A stretch of 64,000 bases of DNA from Callorhinchus milii (taxonomy: Eukaryota). Made by a program: the position numbers and the translations under genes. Location: NCBI RefSeq assembly GCF_018977255.1, contig NW_024704742.1, forward strand, positions 77,192,001 through 77,256,000, given 5' to 3'. The notes beneath the pieces were generated by a model. It was not told the origin of the DNA. It saw only the letters and a program-made list of their open reading frames with translations, and made no database searches. This document shows, one piece after another, positions 23,500 through 37,060 of the stretch (its first letter is position 1; each line of letters opens with the position of its first letter).

Positions 23500-23860
23500 A
23501 ACACATATGCTCTGTCACCAAGATACACTCACTGTCCACAACACACACTTGTTACCAACATGCACACACTGTCACCAAGACATTGTCACCGACACAACCA
23601 TTATGCCCCCAACACACCCCCACTGTGCCCCCAACACACATACTGTGTCCCCTTCACACCCACTGTGCCCCCAACTCATCCACTGTGCTGCCAACAGACA
23701 CTGTACCTCAAACTCACCTACTGTGCCCCCAACACACCCACTGTGTCCCCAACACACCCACTGTACCCTAAACTCACCCACTGTGCCCCAACTCATCCAC
23801 TGTGCTGCCAAAACACCCAATGTACCTCAAATTCACCCACTGTGCCCCTAACACACCTAA
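23500..23860. repeat. Degenerate minisatellite, ~20-bp unit cactgtgccccaacacacc
   Basis: Many consecutive variant units; explains the Pro/Thr/His-rich ORFs here. Confidence 0.9.
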
Positions 23861-24789
23861 AACGTGTACTCTGTTAGTGAAGGTAACAAATGGAGATGGG
23901 AATTGCAGGCAGTTTGCATCTGACTTGCACAATACCTCCAGTCACGAACAGAGTCCATGTGTTCTGCGTATGTACAAACACGTATTTAATTTCTCTTTCA
24001 ATGTGTCTAAGGTAGTGTTTTAAATGTGCTAGGTTTGATGGGAGAGGGAAATCTCAGAAGCGAAGTGATAATTACTGTTTCCCCCTTCCCAACATCTTCA
24101 ACCTATATATATTTTAATGAGCATGGGGTGAAGGTTTGTACATCAGTGTCAATCAGAACAATACTGTATCCTGAAAAATGGTGGATAATTCAGGCCAAAG
24201 TGAGGCTTTACGTTGTGTGGAAAACTAGTGAGCTCTGGGGAATTAGCAGAGGACAGATAGTGATAACAAAGGCAGCAGCACATCAGATGAGACATCTGTA
24301 GGAGCTGGGTTAAAGGCACAGTGAATGAATGCATGGTCAAGTTGGACTCCTGGGTGGTGGTGGGCTGCTGTCCAGGATGATGGGAGAAACTCTCTGCTCT
24401 TTTTCAGTAGGTTATTTAACATAAACCCGAACAGGCAGGCAGAACGTTTGGACATTGTTGTGCCTAAATTGGCTGTTGTGTTTGCTTACAAGTGCACAGT
24501 CACCGCATTTTTGCAGGAAATCATGTGAGGAGCCTTAAGAAGCCTTCCTTCGGTAAAATGCACTGTATCAAATGCAAGGATTATTTTTATTCTTATTATT
24601 TACGACCCATTGTTCCCAATTCACCAAGTTGTACACTGTGTGAGGTAGTTATCTGGAGATTTGGATGCCATTGCCAAGAATGTCATGTGTATAAATGTTT
24701 CACATGAAGAGATGACAGTGGCAGAAACTAAGTGATATCCAGATATTCACAGGAAATGAACGAGGAGTAGTCTTATTGATTGTAGGCAT

Positions 24790-25035
24790 CAGCTTGGCTC
24801 AGTTAGTAGCATGTTAGATAAGAAGGTTTGGGATTCAAGATCTATGTCTGTTCTCATAGCCTAGATTTTGCCTCTGAAATACAGTGCTGAAAGAGTGTAG
24901 CATTGTCACACCTGCCAGTGATCGGGTAGACACTTACTCAGATCCTACATCTCAGTGTTCAAATAAAGAAGGGAATTTCTCCTGGTGTACTGGACAACAA
25001 CTTCCAGATAAATTAGTTACTTACTTCATGGCTTG
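24790..25035 (+). mobile_element. Degraded Deu-domain SINE (5' part)
   Basis: ttggctcagttagtagc head, tgctgaaagagtgtagcattgtca core, tttctcctggtgtactgga. Confidence 0.6.
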
Positions 25036-25058
25036 AGACCTTGAAACAGAAGAAATAG

Positions 25059-25468
25059 TTCAAGATCCTGGTCCTCACCTTCAAAATCCTCCAAGGTCTT
25101 GCTCCCCCCTACCTCTCTGACCTCCTAACCCCCGACCATCATGTTCGCTCCCTCCACTCAGCAGGCTCCAGCCTGCTTCATGTCCCCCACCTTGCTCGAT
25201 CCACTATTGGAGGGCGGGCCTTCCGCCACTCTGCCCCCACCCTCTGGAACTCCATCCCGCAGTACCTCCGCCTCGCCCCCTCCCTTGCCACCTTCAAGAC
25301 CCACCTCAAGACCTTCCTCTTCAAACGTGCTTTCAATCTCTCTGCTTCCTGCCCTCCACCCTCCCCCACCCCGACCCTCAGCTTGGGTCCATAACTCTGT
25401 CTGTCCAGCGCCTTGGGATGTCCTTCCGACGTGAAAAGCGCTATACAAATGTAATTTTGTTGTTGTTG
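25059..25468 (+). mobile_element. L2 3' fragment
   Basis: FKILVLTFK-like coding end, 3'UTR, tail tgttgttgttg. Confidence 0.9.
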
Positions 25469-25755
25469 AAATGCTTGAAATGGTTGATATTTTATCTAAA
25501 AATACGAAGTCATTAGACTTCACAGCAATTACATGTGAATCACCTTTGAGACGTGCCTTAAAAAAGAACCAGCTTCAAAATTTAGACCAAATTACAATTT
25601 CCACAATTCTGGACCATCCTAAATTTAAGACAAATTGGACTAAAAGAGCAGAATTGTGAATTTCTGTAACACATTTAAAAGGGAATTGGATAAACACTTT
25701 GGAAAAAATATATTGAAAGAAACTGGAAAAGAACAGTAAAATAGTACAGTACAGG

Positions 25756-26940
25756 ACAACAACAAAATTACATTTGTATTGCGCCTTTCATGTCGGGAGG
25801 ATGTCCCAAGACGCTGGACAGTCAGTGTTTCAGACCCAAGCTGGGGGTTGGGATCGGGGAGGGTGGAGAGCAGAGGGGGGAAGGAGGGTGATCAAAAGCA
25901 CAGTCGAAGAGGAGGATCTTAAGATGGGTCTTGAAGGTGGCAAGGGAGGAGGCAAGGTGGAGGGATTGCGGAATGGAGTTCCAGAGAGTGGGGGCAGAAG
26001 GCCCGCCTGCCAATGTAGGGGCTGACGAGGCATGGGCATGAAGCAGGCCAGAGCCCGCTGAGCGGAGGGAGTGAGCAGGATGGTAGGAGGTTAGGAGGTC
26101 ACAGAGGTAGGGGGGAGCAGGGCCATGGAGGGCTTTGAAGGTGATTACCAGGATTTTGAATTGTATCCTCTGTGTGATGGGAAGCCAGTGGAGTCAGGCG
26201 AGGATGGAGTGATAGGGTCACAGAGTCTCGTGCAGGAAAGGATCCGGGCTGCAGAGTTCTGGATGATCTGCAGCCTATGGAGGGAGGAGTTAGGGAGGCC
26301 GACATGCAGAGAGTTTGCACAGTCAAGCCTCGATGTTATGAAAGCATTTATGAGGGTTTCGGTGGTCTGTGATGTGAGACAGTGGCGGAGCCGGGCGATG
26401 TTGCAGAGGTGGGGTAAGGCAGGACGGGTTATGGCACGGATGTGGGATAGAAAGGAAAGTTGAGGGTCAAACAAGACCCCAAGGTTCCAGATTGGCTTAG
26501 CAAGGTGGAGTGTGCAACCATGGATGGTGATGCTGTCAGTGCCTGAGGTGAGGAGGCGTTGACGGGAGCCAATCAGGAGAGGTTCAACTGTAGAAAGTTA
26601 GTTCTCATCCAGGACTTGATGTCTGACAGACATTCTGTCAGGACAGCAGTGTTCCTGGAGTCGAGGGTGGAGTTGGAGAGGTACAATTGTATGTCATCCG
26701 CATACATGTGGAAGTTGACCCCATATCTGCGGATGATGTCACCAAAAGGGAGCATATAGATATTGAAAAGGAGGGGACCAAGGACAGAGCCCTGAGGAAC
26801 ACTGCATGAGATGGTGCGGGGACTAGAAGAGAAACCATTTGTGGAGGCAGTATGAGAGGTACGATCTGAACCATTCAAGAAGAGAACTGTGAAGTTTGAG
26901 GTGAGAGGATAGGCGGTGGATCAGGATAGAGTGGTCAACG
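25756..26940 (-). mobile_element. 5'-truncated L2 LINE
   Basis: [17 protein letters not shown] and FDPQLSFL peptides; (CAA)n tail. Confidence 0.93.
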
Positions 26941-27154
26941 GAACCTATATTATTTATACTATAATACTATTATATAGTGATATATAGTATAGTAGAATAG
27001 CAGATAATTCCTGGGAGGTATGTGCTCTAGCACAAAATGATGAGCCAAATGGCTTCCTTCTGTTCTTTAGTTTCAAGATTCTAGTAACAGAGGATAATGT
27101 GCAATACAGGATTAAAGTAAAAAGAGGAACAAACTTTTAATTCTACTTCTAAAA

Positions 27155-27468
27155 ATAATAATGCTAAAAATAAGAATCCTTGCATTTGATATTGTACCTT
27201 TTATGTCAGGAGGTCGTCACAAAGCGTTTCACAGGATATACTGTAAAGGGGAGTGGCTGTGTATTTTGTAGGTGAACGTGGTAGCCAATGTGCACATAGC
27301 AATGTCGTACAAACAGTTATGAAATAAGTGTCCAATTTTATTTGGGATAATGGCCTGGACACCAGGTGAAACTCCGCTCTCTTTTCAAATTATGCCAAGG
27401 GATCTTTAACGTTAACCTGAACAGTCAGATACGAATTTCTGGCTGTTTAGGTGAAAGTTAAAGATCCC
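27155..27468 (-). mobile_element. Deu-domain SINE ending in a fold-back
   Basis: Reverse-strand tail, body and Deu core; the last 31 bp are repeated in inverted orientation (27399-27468). Confidence 0.8.
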
Positions 27469-28534
27469 ATTACATTGATGACAAAATTGGAGTACAAAAC
27501 GTGTACCAAAAAAGTTTAATTTACAACTCCAATTTTGTTACAAGCATATTTGCAGAAAAATTGGAGCTGTAAAATAAATTTGGCCATAAATGGGTAACGG
27601 CAGTAAGGGAGCTGATAGTAAATGGAATAAAATACTTTTGATGTTCTGTGCATCTCTCTGTACAGAAGAAACAAAGGAGGCACAGGGGAATGGTGAAAGC
27701 AACATTTATAATTTAACTTATTGCCAGAAAGTAATGTAAAATAAGCAGTGAAGCATGCAACATAAAGTGTACATAATAAACTCATTGCTTGTCTATAACC
27801 AGATTGTCAGGCAGCAATGAAAATGGTATAACTGTTTCCTTAATCCCCGGCCTACATTTTCTCCCCTTGCTAATGATCTATTATTACAATGCTTGTATTG
27901 AGAAGTCAATTAATTCACGGAAGACTGAAGCTGCAGCAAACATAAACAATTAAATCAGGCAGAAAGGGACTCACTCCCCTGATGGTGCAGTGAGTAAAGC
28001 TAGCACCCAGCTTTTCTAAAACATATTCAGCTGCAGGTAGTTTCTCCCAGTGTCGTGTCCAACAATCCCCGAAATGAAAATCGTTCACTTTTTACTCGGC
28101 TGTTTGTGCACAAATTGGCTGCTGTGCTTGCCCACAAAATATACAGTCACTACACTTTACAGTATATTCCATGAAGCACTTTGAGGTGTCTCAATGACGT
28201 GAGAGGCATTATATCAAATACAAGGAATATAACTGATTACATTTGTAAAATCTCATATGCAATTGTGAGAAAAATACTTGAACATAAAAAATTACAAACT
28301 GCTCCAATGGCCTGGTAGATACAAGCTCCAACAGTGTAGCACAAAATGGCCCAGAGCAGAACATTGTACCGTGTTGTGTTAGATGGTATTAGCAGTGGCA
28401 ATAAAGATGTTACAATTCGCAAGGTTGGGTTTGGAATGAAGTAGGCCCTTTGGCTCATTTGATCTCGTCCCTCAAGAATGCTCACCTTATCGTCTTCCCA
28501 TCATCCCGTGAACTGAGTCCAAGGTCCTGGCCTT

Positions 28535-28635
28535 GAGCAAAGTTGGCTTCAGCAACCCTGGGCTTGGGATAGAAATCTAGTTGGGGTTTGTACTGCTGAT
28601 CACAATCCAGTGACGGCTCTGGAGAGTGTTGCACT
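28535..28635 (+). mobile_element. Ancient SINE (AmnSINE2-like) middle fragment
   Basis: ttggcttcagcaaccctgggcttggga...ctgatcacaatccagtgacggctctggagagtg; related to 11885-11990 and 62790-62850. Confidence 0.55.
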
Positions 28636-30268
28636 GCGTTCATGCTCAGTTTCGATGCTCTGTGTTGCATAGCTTGCTACTGGCAATATTCACTTTTGAG
28701 GCTTACATATGAAGAATACTGGTTTGAGCAAGATGCTCAACGCTTATGGAACTATACCCCAATCAAGGTCAGCTTCTTCAGGAGAGGAAGAGAATGGAAA
28801 TGGGAGAAAAATAACAAAACAAAACCAGGCTGCAAAAATTAATTGGCTGCGCGTTTCGCCCACAAAATATACAGTCAATCAATTTTGCCATATATTTTGT
28901 GAAGCACTTTGATACATCTCAACTCATTTGGAGTCCTGTAGCTCAGTGGTTGGAGCATTTTGGTACTACTCAAAAAGAGAAGGGAGATTCTCCCAATGTC
29001 CTGACCACCAAACCTCCGGATTAATTGGTCATTCCCTCATGGTTGTTTGTGGACTTTTCTGTGTACAAATTGGTTTCTGAATTCATCCACAAAATACACA
29101 GTAACTTCTGTTAGAGTAAAATGCAACTCTGAGACATCTCAACAATGTAATAAGGTACTGTATTAACTGCAATGATTATTATAATATTATCAGTCAGAAT
29201 GGAAAAATAGAAAAGGAGAAATGTAGAAACAATCACTGAATAATCCATTGGTTCAACAATTAGATCTGACTTTTCCAAAGTTTCTAAGATTTATTCTGTT
29301 AAGTATTTTATTGCACATTAGATGTTCTTAAAATATGTTTTGTTTACAAAAACTTAAAACAAATTTTGAATGCATTGATAACATCAGCAGCCTAACTGTA
29401 TTCAGCTGCACTCAACAACCAGGCAGATTAATGGTTTACTAACTTTCAAATTTTAAATATCTTAAACGTTTGTTTTCAGATCATTTTCAGGCTGTTTTAC
29501 AGATGATAGAATTATTATTGATCTCTGTGGTTACATTTTGGATTTTTTTTAAAAAAAGAACAGAAAAGAACACGATTTACTGATTTGGCAGAAGATTTTG
29601 TTTCTGGTGCCTTTGTGAAAAGGTTTATTAGTCCATCCCCAGCTCTGATCACGGATTCATATCTTGCTATGAATTTACAGTACATGATGTTTCTGAAATC
29701 CCAGTAGGGGTTAGGATGTGCCCATATCCAGCAATCAGTGAATCCTAAAATTCAATCCCTATATTTGGCTGCTGCAACCTCAGATTACACACTTGAATGT
29801 CCTTTGAACAATGGGGGAGAAAATTGTGGTTTTGATTATCATAATAAAAATATAATAATAATCCTTGCATTTGATATAGCGCCTTATCATGACTTTGAGA
29901 TGTCTCAAAGCGCACATCAGATCAGATACACAATATTCCCATCACTATCTTACATCTGTGTGATAAGGTATCAGGACATATATGTTTTTTTCAGCTTTTT
30001 TATGTTCGCGTTGAATTGCAGAACAAATCGTTAGCTTAGCTTCAGAGCCAACAAATTGAGTGAAGCATTTGCCTTACAAACTGCAGCATAAATCTAACAT
30101 TTTGTCCTTGTGTTGGAGACCTTTAAGATGCAAATTAACCTTTAAGATGACAGTGTGAAGTCTGCAGAACCAAAAGTGCAGCCGGGTGCTAAAGATAAGC
30201 TTTGTTTATAATCCCTATTAAAACAAAATTCAAACTTTAAATAAAAATTTGAATATTCAGTTAAATTC

Positions 30269-30582
30269 AGTGGAGTCCTGTAGCTTAGTAGTTAGAGCAC
30301 TCGCCTCGCAAGTGAAAAACCTGGGTTTGATTCCTGGCAGGGCAAAATCTTGGGCAAGTTTCCTTACTCCACACTCTTGATAATAATCCCTCAAGAAAAA
30401 AAATAAAAGGAAATTGGTCACTTCAATCCACGCCTGTTTGTGGGCCATTGCTGTGCGCAATTGGCTGCTGCGTTTCACCCACAAATATACAGTCAATTCA
30501 CTTTACAGTATATCCTGTGAAGCGTTTTGAGATGTCTAGAAGACATGAAAAAGCGTTTATCAAATGCAAGGATTATTATATT
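30269..30582 (+). mobile_element. Full-length tRNA-Ala SINE (CGC anticodon variant)
   Basis: Colinear with 18689-19014. Confidence 0.92.
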
Positions 30583-31279
30583 ATATATTACTGATATTAT
30601 TATATATTATATGAATTATTAATCTTTCAATACTTCACACTGACCAAGTCTGCTGGCTTATTTCGTCTATTTTAACATCTATTTCAATTCCCTAATACTG
30701 AAGAAATGGGCCATATAGACTGTTGACATTGTTTATGATAATCATTGCATTTGATATAGTACCTTATTATTTCTTCGAGATGTCTCAAAGCGATTCAAAG
30801 AATATAGTGTAAAGTGAATTGACTGTATATTTTGTGGGCGAAATACTAATATTCCTCACACTAGTATTCCTCAGTGAATCAGTCCAGCGGCTGCGTTGAG
30901 TAAAACACTGTGACAACATATAATGTTTGATCAACTTGTTCAAGTCTTGAACTTAACTTGTGTCTTCAGATCTTTGCCAGTATTTCATGTCGTCTGATTC
31001 CTAAACATTTTAGTGGTAATGGCTTTCAATATTGTGCAAGTACGTAACCAAGAAATTAAGTTATCTGCCCCTCACTCTCCAGAACTCTGTCCTAGAGTCT
31101 CTCCGACTTGCTCCCTCCCTCACCTCTTTCAAAGTCCATCTCAAGACCTTCTTGTTTGACCCCACCTTCAGTTATCCTTTTCCTTCCCTCGGCTCTCAAC
31201 TCCAGCTCAGGTGCTAAGCCAGGACTGTCAAGTATCTAGGAATGTCCTCCTGATGAGAAAGGCACTATATAAACGTAAA

Positions 31280-32150
31280 TTTGTATTTTATTGTATGACA
31301 GCATACATATATTTGGAGTTTAGGAAGGCATTCAGTATGGTGTTGCATAAGAGATTTGTGTCCACAATTAAAACAAATGGGATTGATAGACAAGGAGCAA
31401 AATGAAAAGGCTGAAAGATTGGCAGAGAGTATTTAGCGGTGTATCTCAGGAATTGGTTTTGGACCTCTCTTGTTCTCACCCATGTCATGCACTTCATGGC
31501 TGTTTATGGGACATTGTGTGAGCAATTGGCTGCTACATTCACCTACAAAATACACAATCACTGCAAATTACTGCAAGTTCTATAAAATGCTTTGAGCTGC
31601 TCTCCTGATGTCAAAGGCACTATATCAGATCCAATAACAACAACAACAAGATTACATTTGTATAGCACCGTTCACGTCAGGAAGACGTCCCAAGGCGCTG
31701 GACAGAGTACAGCACTTCAGATACAAGGATTTTTATTACGCATATACTGATCTAGAACTAGGAATAGAAGAAATAATATCCAAATTTGTGAATGATTCCA
31801 AATAGGAGATTTTGTGAACAGTGATTAAGAGTACAGGAGGCTTCAAGTAAATATTAACAGAATTAGCAGACTGGATGGATTTGTAGAACATGGAATTCAT
31901 CTGAAAATATTACATTTTAGAAAGAAAAGTAGAAAAATATACCCAAAGTGGTAATATTCTCAATCTAGAGATATCAATATGGATATCATTTGAAGTGGAA
32001 TAAGAGGTGAAGAAGGTTTTTGAAAGGTCAAACAGGATACTGAGCTATTTAATTCAAAAGGAAAGAACTGATGATGAATCTTTATAACACTTGGTTAGGT
32101 CACAGCTGCAATTTGGTGCGAAGCTTTGGGCGCCGCTCTATAGAGATGAG
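31280..32150 (+). mobile_element. Old CR1 RT remnant interrupted by SINE and L2 tails
   Basis: YLEFRKAFSMVLHKR (CR1-like YLDFxKAFDKVPHKR), atatccaaatttgtgaatgattcc (ISKFADD-like) and NLYNTWLGH segments; inserts at 31445-31725. Confidence 0.7.
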
Positions 32151-35100
32151 CCTTGCATTTGCATTTAAGATGGCACCTTATCACATCAAAACTTGTCAAA
32201 ACACTTCACATTTATATAGCACCTTGCACATTGGGAGAACATCTCAAAGTACTTCACACTCCTGCTTTGGCACATGAGATGGGGGTGAGAGCCAAATGGG
32301 TTGGTGAGGTGAGAGATGACCGGAAGTATTAACAAAGTGGTACACCTTGAGACGGACCTTGAACGAGGTGAGGGAGGGTTGCAATTGGAGAAACTCAATG
32401 ACAGACACATACATCGAAGCTGCATTACAATTTATCTGTAGGAAGAGTAACATTCAAGATAGGCGAGACAATACTGGTCTGTTTTTTCTTGCATTCCAAC
32501 TCCTGTCCCTGAAATAGACCCCTTATATTAGTTTGATAATTTATTTCAACCTCCCAGCCAAAAGCTAACAAAACAACATGCCCTGGCAATGTGCATTGGA
32601 ATCAATCGGCCTCAGGGCTTGAACTGTGGTTTCTTGGTTGTGAGTCAAATACTTTAACCCTTGCCATACTACTAACCCCACATTCTCCTGCATCCTCTAT
32701 TCCTAGTTCTAGATCAGTATATGCAATAATCCTTACATCTGATATAGCGCCTTTGACTTCAGGAGCACAACATAAAATGAAATCAAGCAACAGACTTGAT
32801 GGTCAGCCAGCTTAGTTTTTCAGACTTGACATCGGGGAGAAGGAATGAAAAAAGTACCAACATATGTTTGGCTACCTTGTAGCTCGTTGTATCAACATAT
32901 AATTTTCTCTTAATCTTGGGAACAAACAGTTGTTTGTTGATAAAGAAATGAATGTAATCTCAATGGTTTGCTTGGCTTTCTTATGTGTAGGATAAATCCA
33001 TGTTATTTATGCACTTGGACAGCTAATATATGCCTTGTAGCTCGGGCAATCTGGTGTTAGTTCCAAATCATGTAAATTGGAGAGAATTTGGGTGCCCGAT
33101 TAGCATAATTCCAACCAATCGTATAATTTGCATTAATTAAAAATCTATTCAGAACATTTTAAGCCAACAACTGCTGCTGTTTTTAATTAGGAAAGGATAC
33201 AAATCTGGACAGGGTAATGAATTTTAGCTACTTAGCCGTTTTAGTAAAACATGCATAAAAGAGGGCTCTTTGGAAGGCATATTTCTTTCCTTGCATCCGA
33301 TTAAACTTGTTGTCTGCACTGCAGATTGTCGGGACAGTAATTAGGAATTGGTTTTAACCATTTCAGGGCTGGGTGTCCTTTACAACTTTCAAACTGTGAG
33401 AAAAGTCTTGCATAACACCCAGCCTGGCTCCAAAGTACCGATTTGTTGTAAATTAATAATGTTGATGACCGCAAGCTGTAATGGGAAGTGCAATGTTTCT
33501 TCGTTTATCATATTTTGTGAGTGAAGTTGCAAAGGCATATCCACCTTTCACTGTTCAGTTTTGCTTTTATCTGAAATTCTACAGTGACTTTCACTGCACA
33601 GTTGCAGTGTGTCAGCCTGCTTGGTTGGTAGCACTCTCTCCTCTGAGTCCGAAGGTTGGTCATTCAAGCCCCACATCGGGGCTTGGAATCACACAGTCTA
33701 AGATGACAAACCAATGCAGCGCTGGGGGTGTGCTGCATTGTCAGAGGTTCTATCACTACAATGATTACTTTATTACTCACAGCCATTGAGACCCACTGCA
33801 CTTGTGCAGAGCAGCCATCTGGAACTGCACACTGACTTTGATTGATGAATGTCACAATTCTGCGTCTGACTTCATCTTATTGATGTTTTTTCTAACCGCC
33901 CAGCTTGGAAGTCAACTACTTTTCAGTCTAATCCAGTAATAGCTTCTCTATGAGGTTGCATGGTGAGAGTTAATTCCTAGATGTAGAATCAACCGTCAAG
34001 ACCTGGCCAGCCAATACCACTAGAAGTATCAGTGGTAACCCTAACTCTCAGTCCCTTACCTTAAGGAATCAGTATTGAATCAGATTTCTTCAAGTAAAAA
34101 AAGATAGAAAATTATAAAAGTATTTCATGGAAGGTTTCCCAATTCCAGATGTGGTTTTAAAAAAGACACTTTAAACCTCTTCAGCACAGACCTTACAGAT
34201 TACACTCAAGTTGATCTATCTTACTATCAGAGGCACTGAAAAGTCTTAACTAAATAGACAAATGGGGAATCGCAGTCATAAAAACCATTAAAGAGTGTTT
34301 GAGGGCTGAACAAATACTTAAGCAGACTAGCAGTGGCGGGTGGAGCCTTGGACAGAAGAATTTTACCAACAATCGACAGACGGCTTCAGTATTACACACT
34401 GTATGTTAGGTTATTATACAGAGAGTCCTTACAGGAAGCATTTATGCTCTACTTGTGGTTGTCAATAATGCCTTCTCTACCACAGCTTTATATACACACA
34501 CATCTCATTATAGCATTGTGAAAACATTATCACCAAATACAGGTATAAATGTAATGCATTTTAATGTAACACTGTACGAAAATCAATGTGTGATGCAGAT
34601 CTTTGGGTTCTGTATATTTTGATAGACACAATAAAGATTCATACAGTTACAGTATGCACTATTAAATGTTGAATGGATTGGACTAATTGGGTGACTTTTA
34701 AAGCACAAATTCTGCACTCCTTTCACACAGTGTGACAGGCATGTAGGCTGGCTTTCTGGATATTCCAGACTTGATACTTTTTTATAAATTGACTGGAGAA
34801 TACTGGATTGTCAAAGTTGCTGTACTTCAGCTGAAAGGTTAAACCAAGAACCTGTCTGCCTGAAAGGTTAAAGATCCCATGGCGCTATTCAAAAAGAGAT
34901 TACTGTTAAGGAATGCCAAGCGACTGCCAGGATGGTGAAAGGCGAATGAGATGGACCTTGGTCTTCTTTTGCCTAGCAAGTTCTTATGTTCTTAGTTTCT
35001 CCCAGTGTCCTGGACAACAATCTAACCAAATAACTATTGATCATTCACTTCATGGCTGCTTGTGGGTGGTTGCTGTGTGCAAATAGGCTACTGCGTTTGC

Positions 35101-35449
35101 CTACAAAATGCAGAGTTGCTTTACTTTTCAGTATACTTTAAATTTTGAGACATCCTTCTGACATGAAACACACTGTATTAAATACAAGAATTATTTATTT
35201 GTAATTGAGTTGAACTTTACAAATTCTACCAAACTACTGTCCCAGCAAACTACTGTCCCGGTACTGCATGGCACAACCTGCAGGTTACGATTCCATGTTC
35301 CTTGCAAAAGGTTGTGTCAAGTTAAACTTTGTGCGACATATTGTCTGCAGGATTTTAGAAAAGGACATCAATTAATTATCGTAAAGTGGAAATAATCTGG
35401 AATATCTGTGAAAAATGACATAACCTGAATAAATCAATATCCAAAAACA

Positions 35450-35720
35450 TAGAGACATAGAACCATAGGAATTTACAGCACAGAAGAAGGCTGTTCAGCC
35501 CAATAGTGCTTTTCCTACATCTTTGAAAAAACACTTAGTCCCATCACTTGACTTTCCATAATTCCCCTGGAAGTTATTCCTCTTTAGTTATCTGTCTAGT
35601 TCATTCTTGAAAGCTAATATGGCTTTCCACATCCCAACAACTCTCTGTGTAAAAATCTTCCTCCTAATCTCTCCCTCTGCTCCCTTTTTAACTATCTTAA
35701 ATATTTGTCCTTCTGTTATT
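35450..35720 (-). mobile_element. CR1 3' fragment
   Basis: Reverse peptide IRRKIFTQRVVGMW...FKNELDR; catagagacatagaaccatag tail. Confidence 0.75.
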
Positions 35721-35900
35721 GATTCATGCTGCATTTCAATTTTGTAGGGTACTTGAGAAGGTCTTATTTCCTTTTCATAAGCAATTCCATTCACATTCCT
35801 TTCTCTCCATTGCCTTTGCCCAGCAGGCGGCTGCTCGGTGTAGATTTAACAGATACATTAGACCACAGGTTTGATTCCTAGTCTGTGGTGAGCGAGTTGA

Positions 35901-36528
35901 GCCTTTGTCACCTCAAGGCTGGACTATGGGAACTCTCTCCTCGCCGGCCATCCCGGCACCTCCCTCCACAAGCTGCAGGTCATTCAGAAGTCTGCAGCTC
36001 GTGTACTGTCCTGCACCAGGCTTCGGGACCACATCACTCCCACCCTCGCTCGCCTCCACTGGCTCCCCATCCCCCAGAGGATTGATTTCAAGATCCTCAC
36101 CCTCACCTACAAGGCCATTCACGGCCTCGCTCCCTCCTACCTCTCCAATCTACTATCCCCCTACCTACCTGCCCGTACCCTCCGTTCCTCCGGCTCCGGT
36201 CTGCTCCACGTCCCCCGCCCCAATCGCCCTACCATCGGTGGTCGGGCCTTCAGCCTCTCAGCCCCCAGGCTCTGGAACTCTATCCCCCAGTGCCTTCGCC
36301 GCTTCCTCCCTTTCCTCCTTCAAGGCCGGTCTCAAGACCTTTCTCTTTGACCGTGCCTTCAGCTCCCCTCTCGACTCTCTTCCCCCTCCTCGCTCCCTCC
36401 CTTCCCTCCCCTCACCCTGACCATTTCCCCCCTGCTCGGGTCCTGACCCAACTGTGCAGCGCCTTGGGACGTCCTCCTGACGTGATAGGCGCTTTATAAA
36501 TGGAATCTTGTTGTTGTTGTTGTTGTTG
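35901..36528 (+). mobile_element. Young L2 3' fragment inserted into an ancient SINE
   Basis: Near-identical to the reverse complement of 281-950; (TTG)n tail; GTTGA on both sides. Confidence 0.95.
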
Positions 36529-36808
36529 ATATCAGCTGGGTCAGCAGTTCATTCTCTGCACTTTACTATATTGCTTCTGGAGACAGGGAAAGAGTAATTG
36601 AGCCAGAATTTATGCTTCCTGAATGCTAGTGATTGCATTTGGAAAGTACATTGTGAATGTTGACTGAGGGCAAGAACTTGGCTGTATTTATAATATTCCT
36701 TGAATTTGATAACTAGCCAATAATATTGAAACATATCAAACTGTTTCAAAGATAATTGGTGTCAGGTGTAGTGACTATATTTGTAAGCAAACTTGGCAAA
36801 CTAATTTC

Positions 36809-37060
36809 TAATAATAATAATCCTTGCATTTGATATAGCAAGTTATCACGTTGTTGGCAGTTAATTTGCACACAGCAATGTCCCACGAACAATAATGAAT
36901 TAAACTATCAATTTGAATGGTAACCAGGGTACTGGGCAAATGCTTCTCACTTTTAAAGAGAGTCATGCATCTTTAAGATCCACCTGAACTGGCAGAAAGG
37001 ACTGAAATTTAACATCTCATCTGAATGGCACCTCTAACATTACAGCACACCCAGCACTGT
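36809..37060 (-). mobile_element. Deu-domain SINE with internal deletion
   Basis: (TAA)n tail, aatgtcccacgaac, atctttaagatccacctgaac, catctcatctgaatggcacctc. Confidence 0.75.

Noticed and set aside
23412..23877. Mucin-like ORFs or a CRISPR-like array
   Set aside because: Degenerate minisatellite without unique spacers; open in several frames because the unit lacks stops.
28486..28670. Minus-strand 61-codon ORF ending at an AG|GTGAG donor
   Set aside because: About half overlaps an ancient SINE fragment and the peptide is unrecognisable; exonisation cannot be excluded without RNA data.
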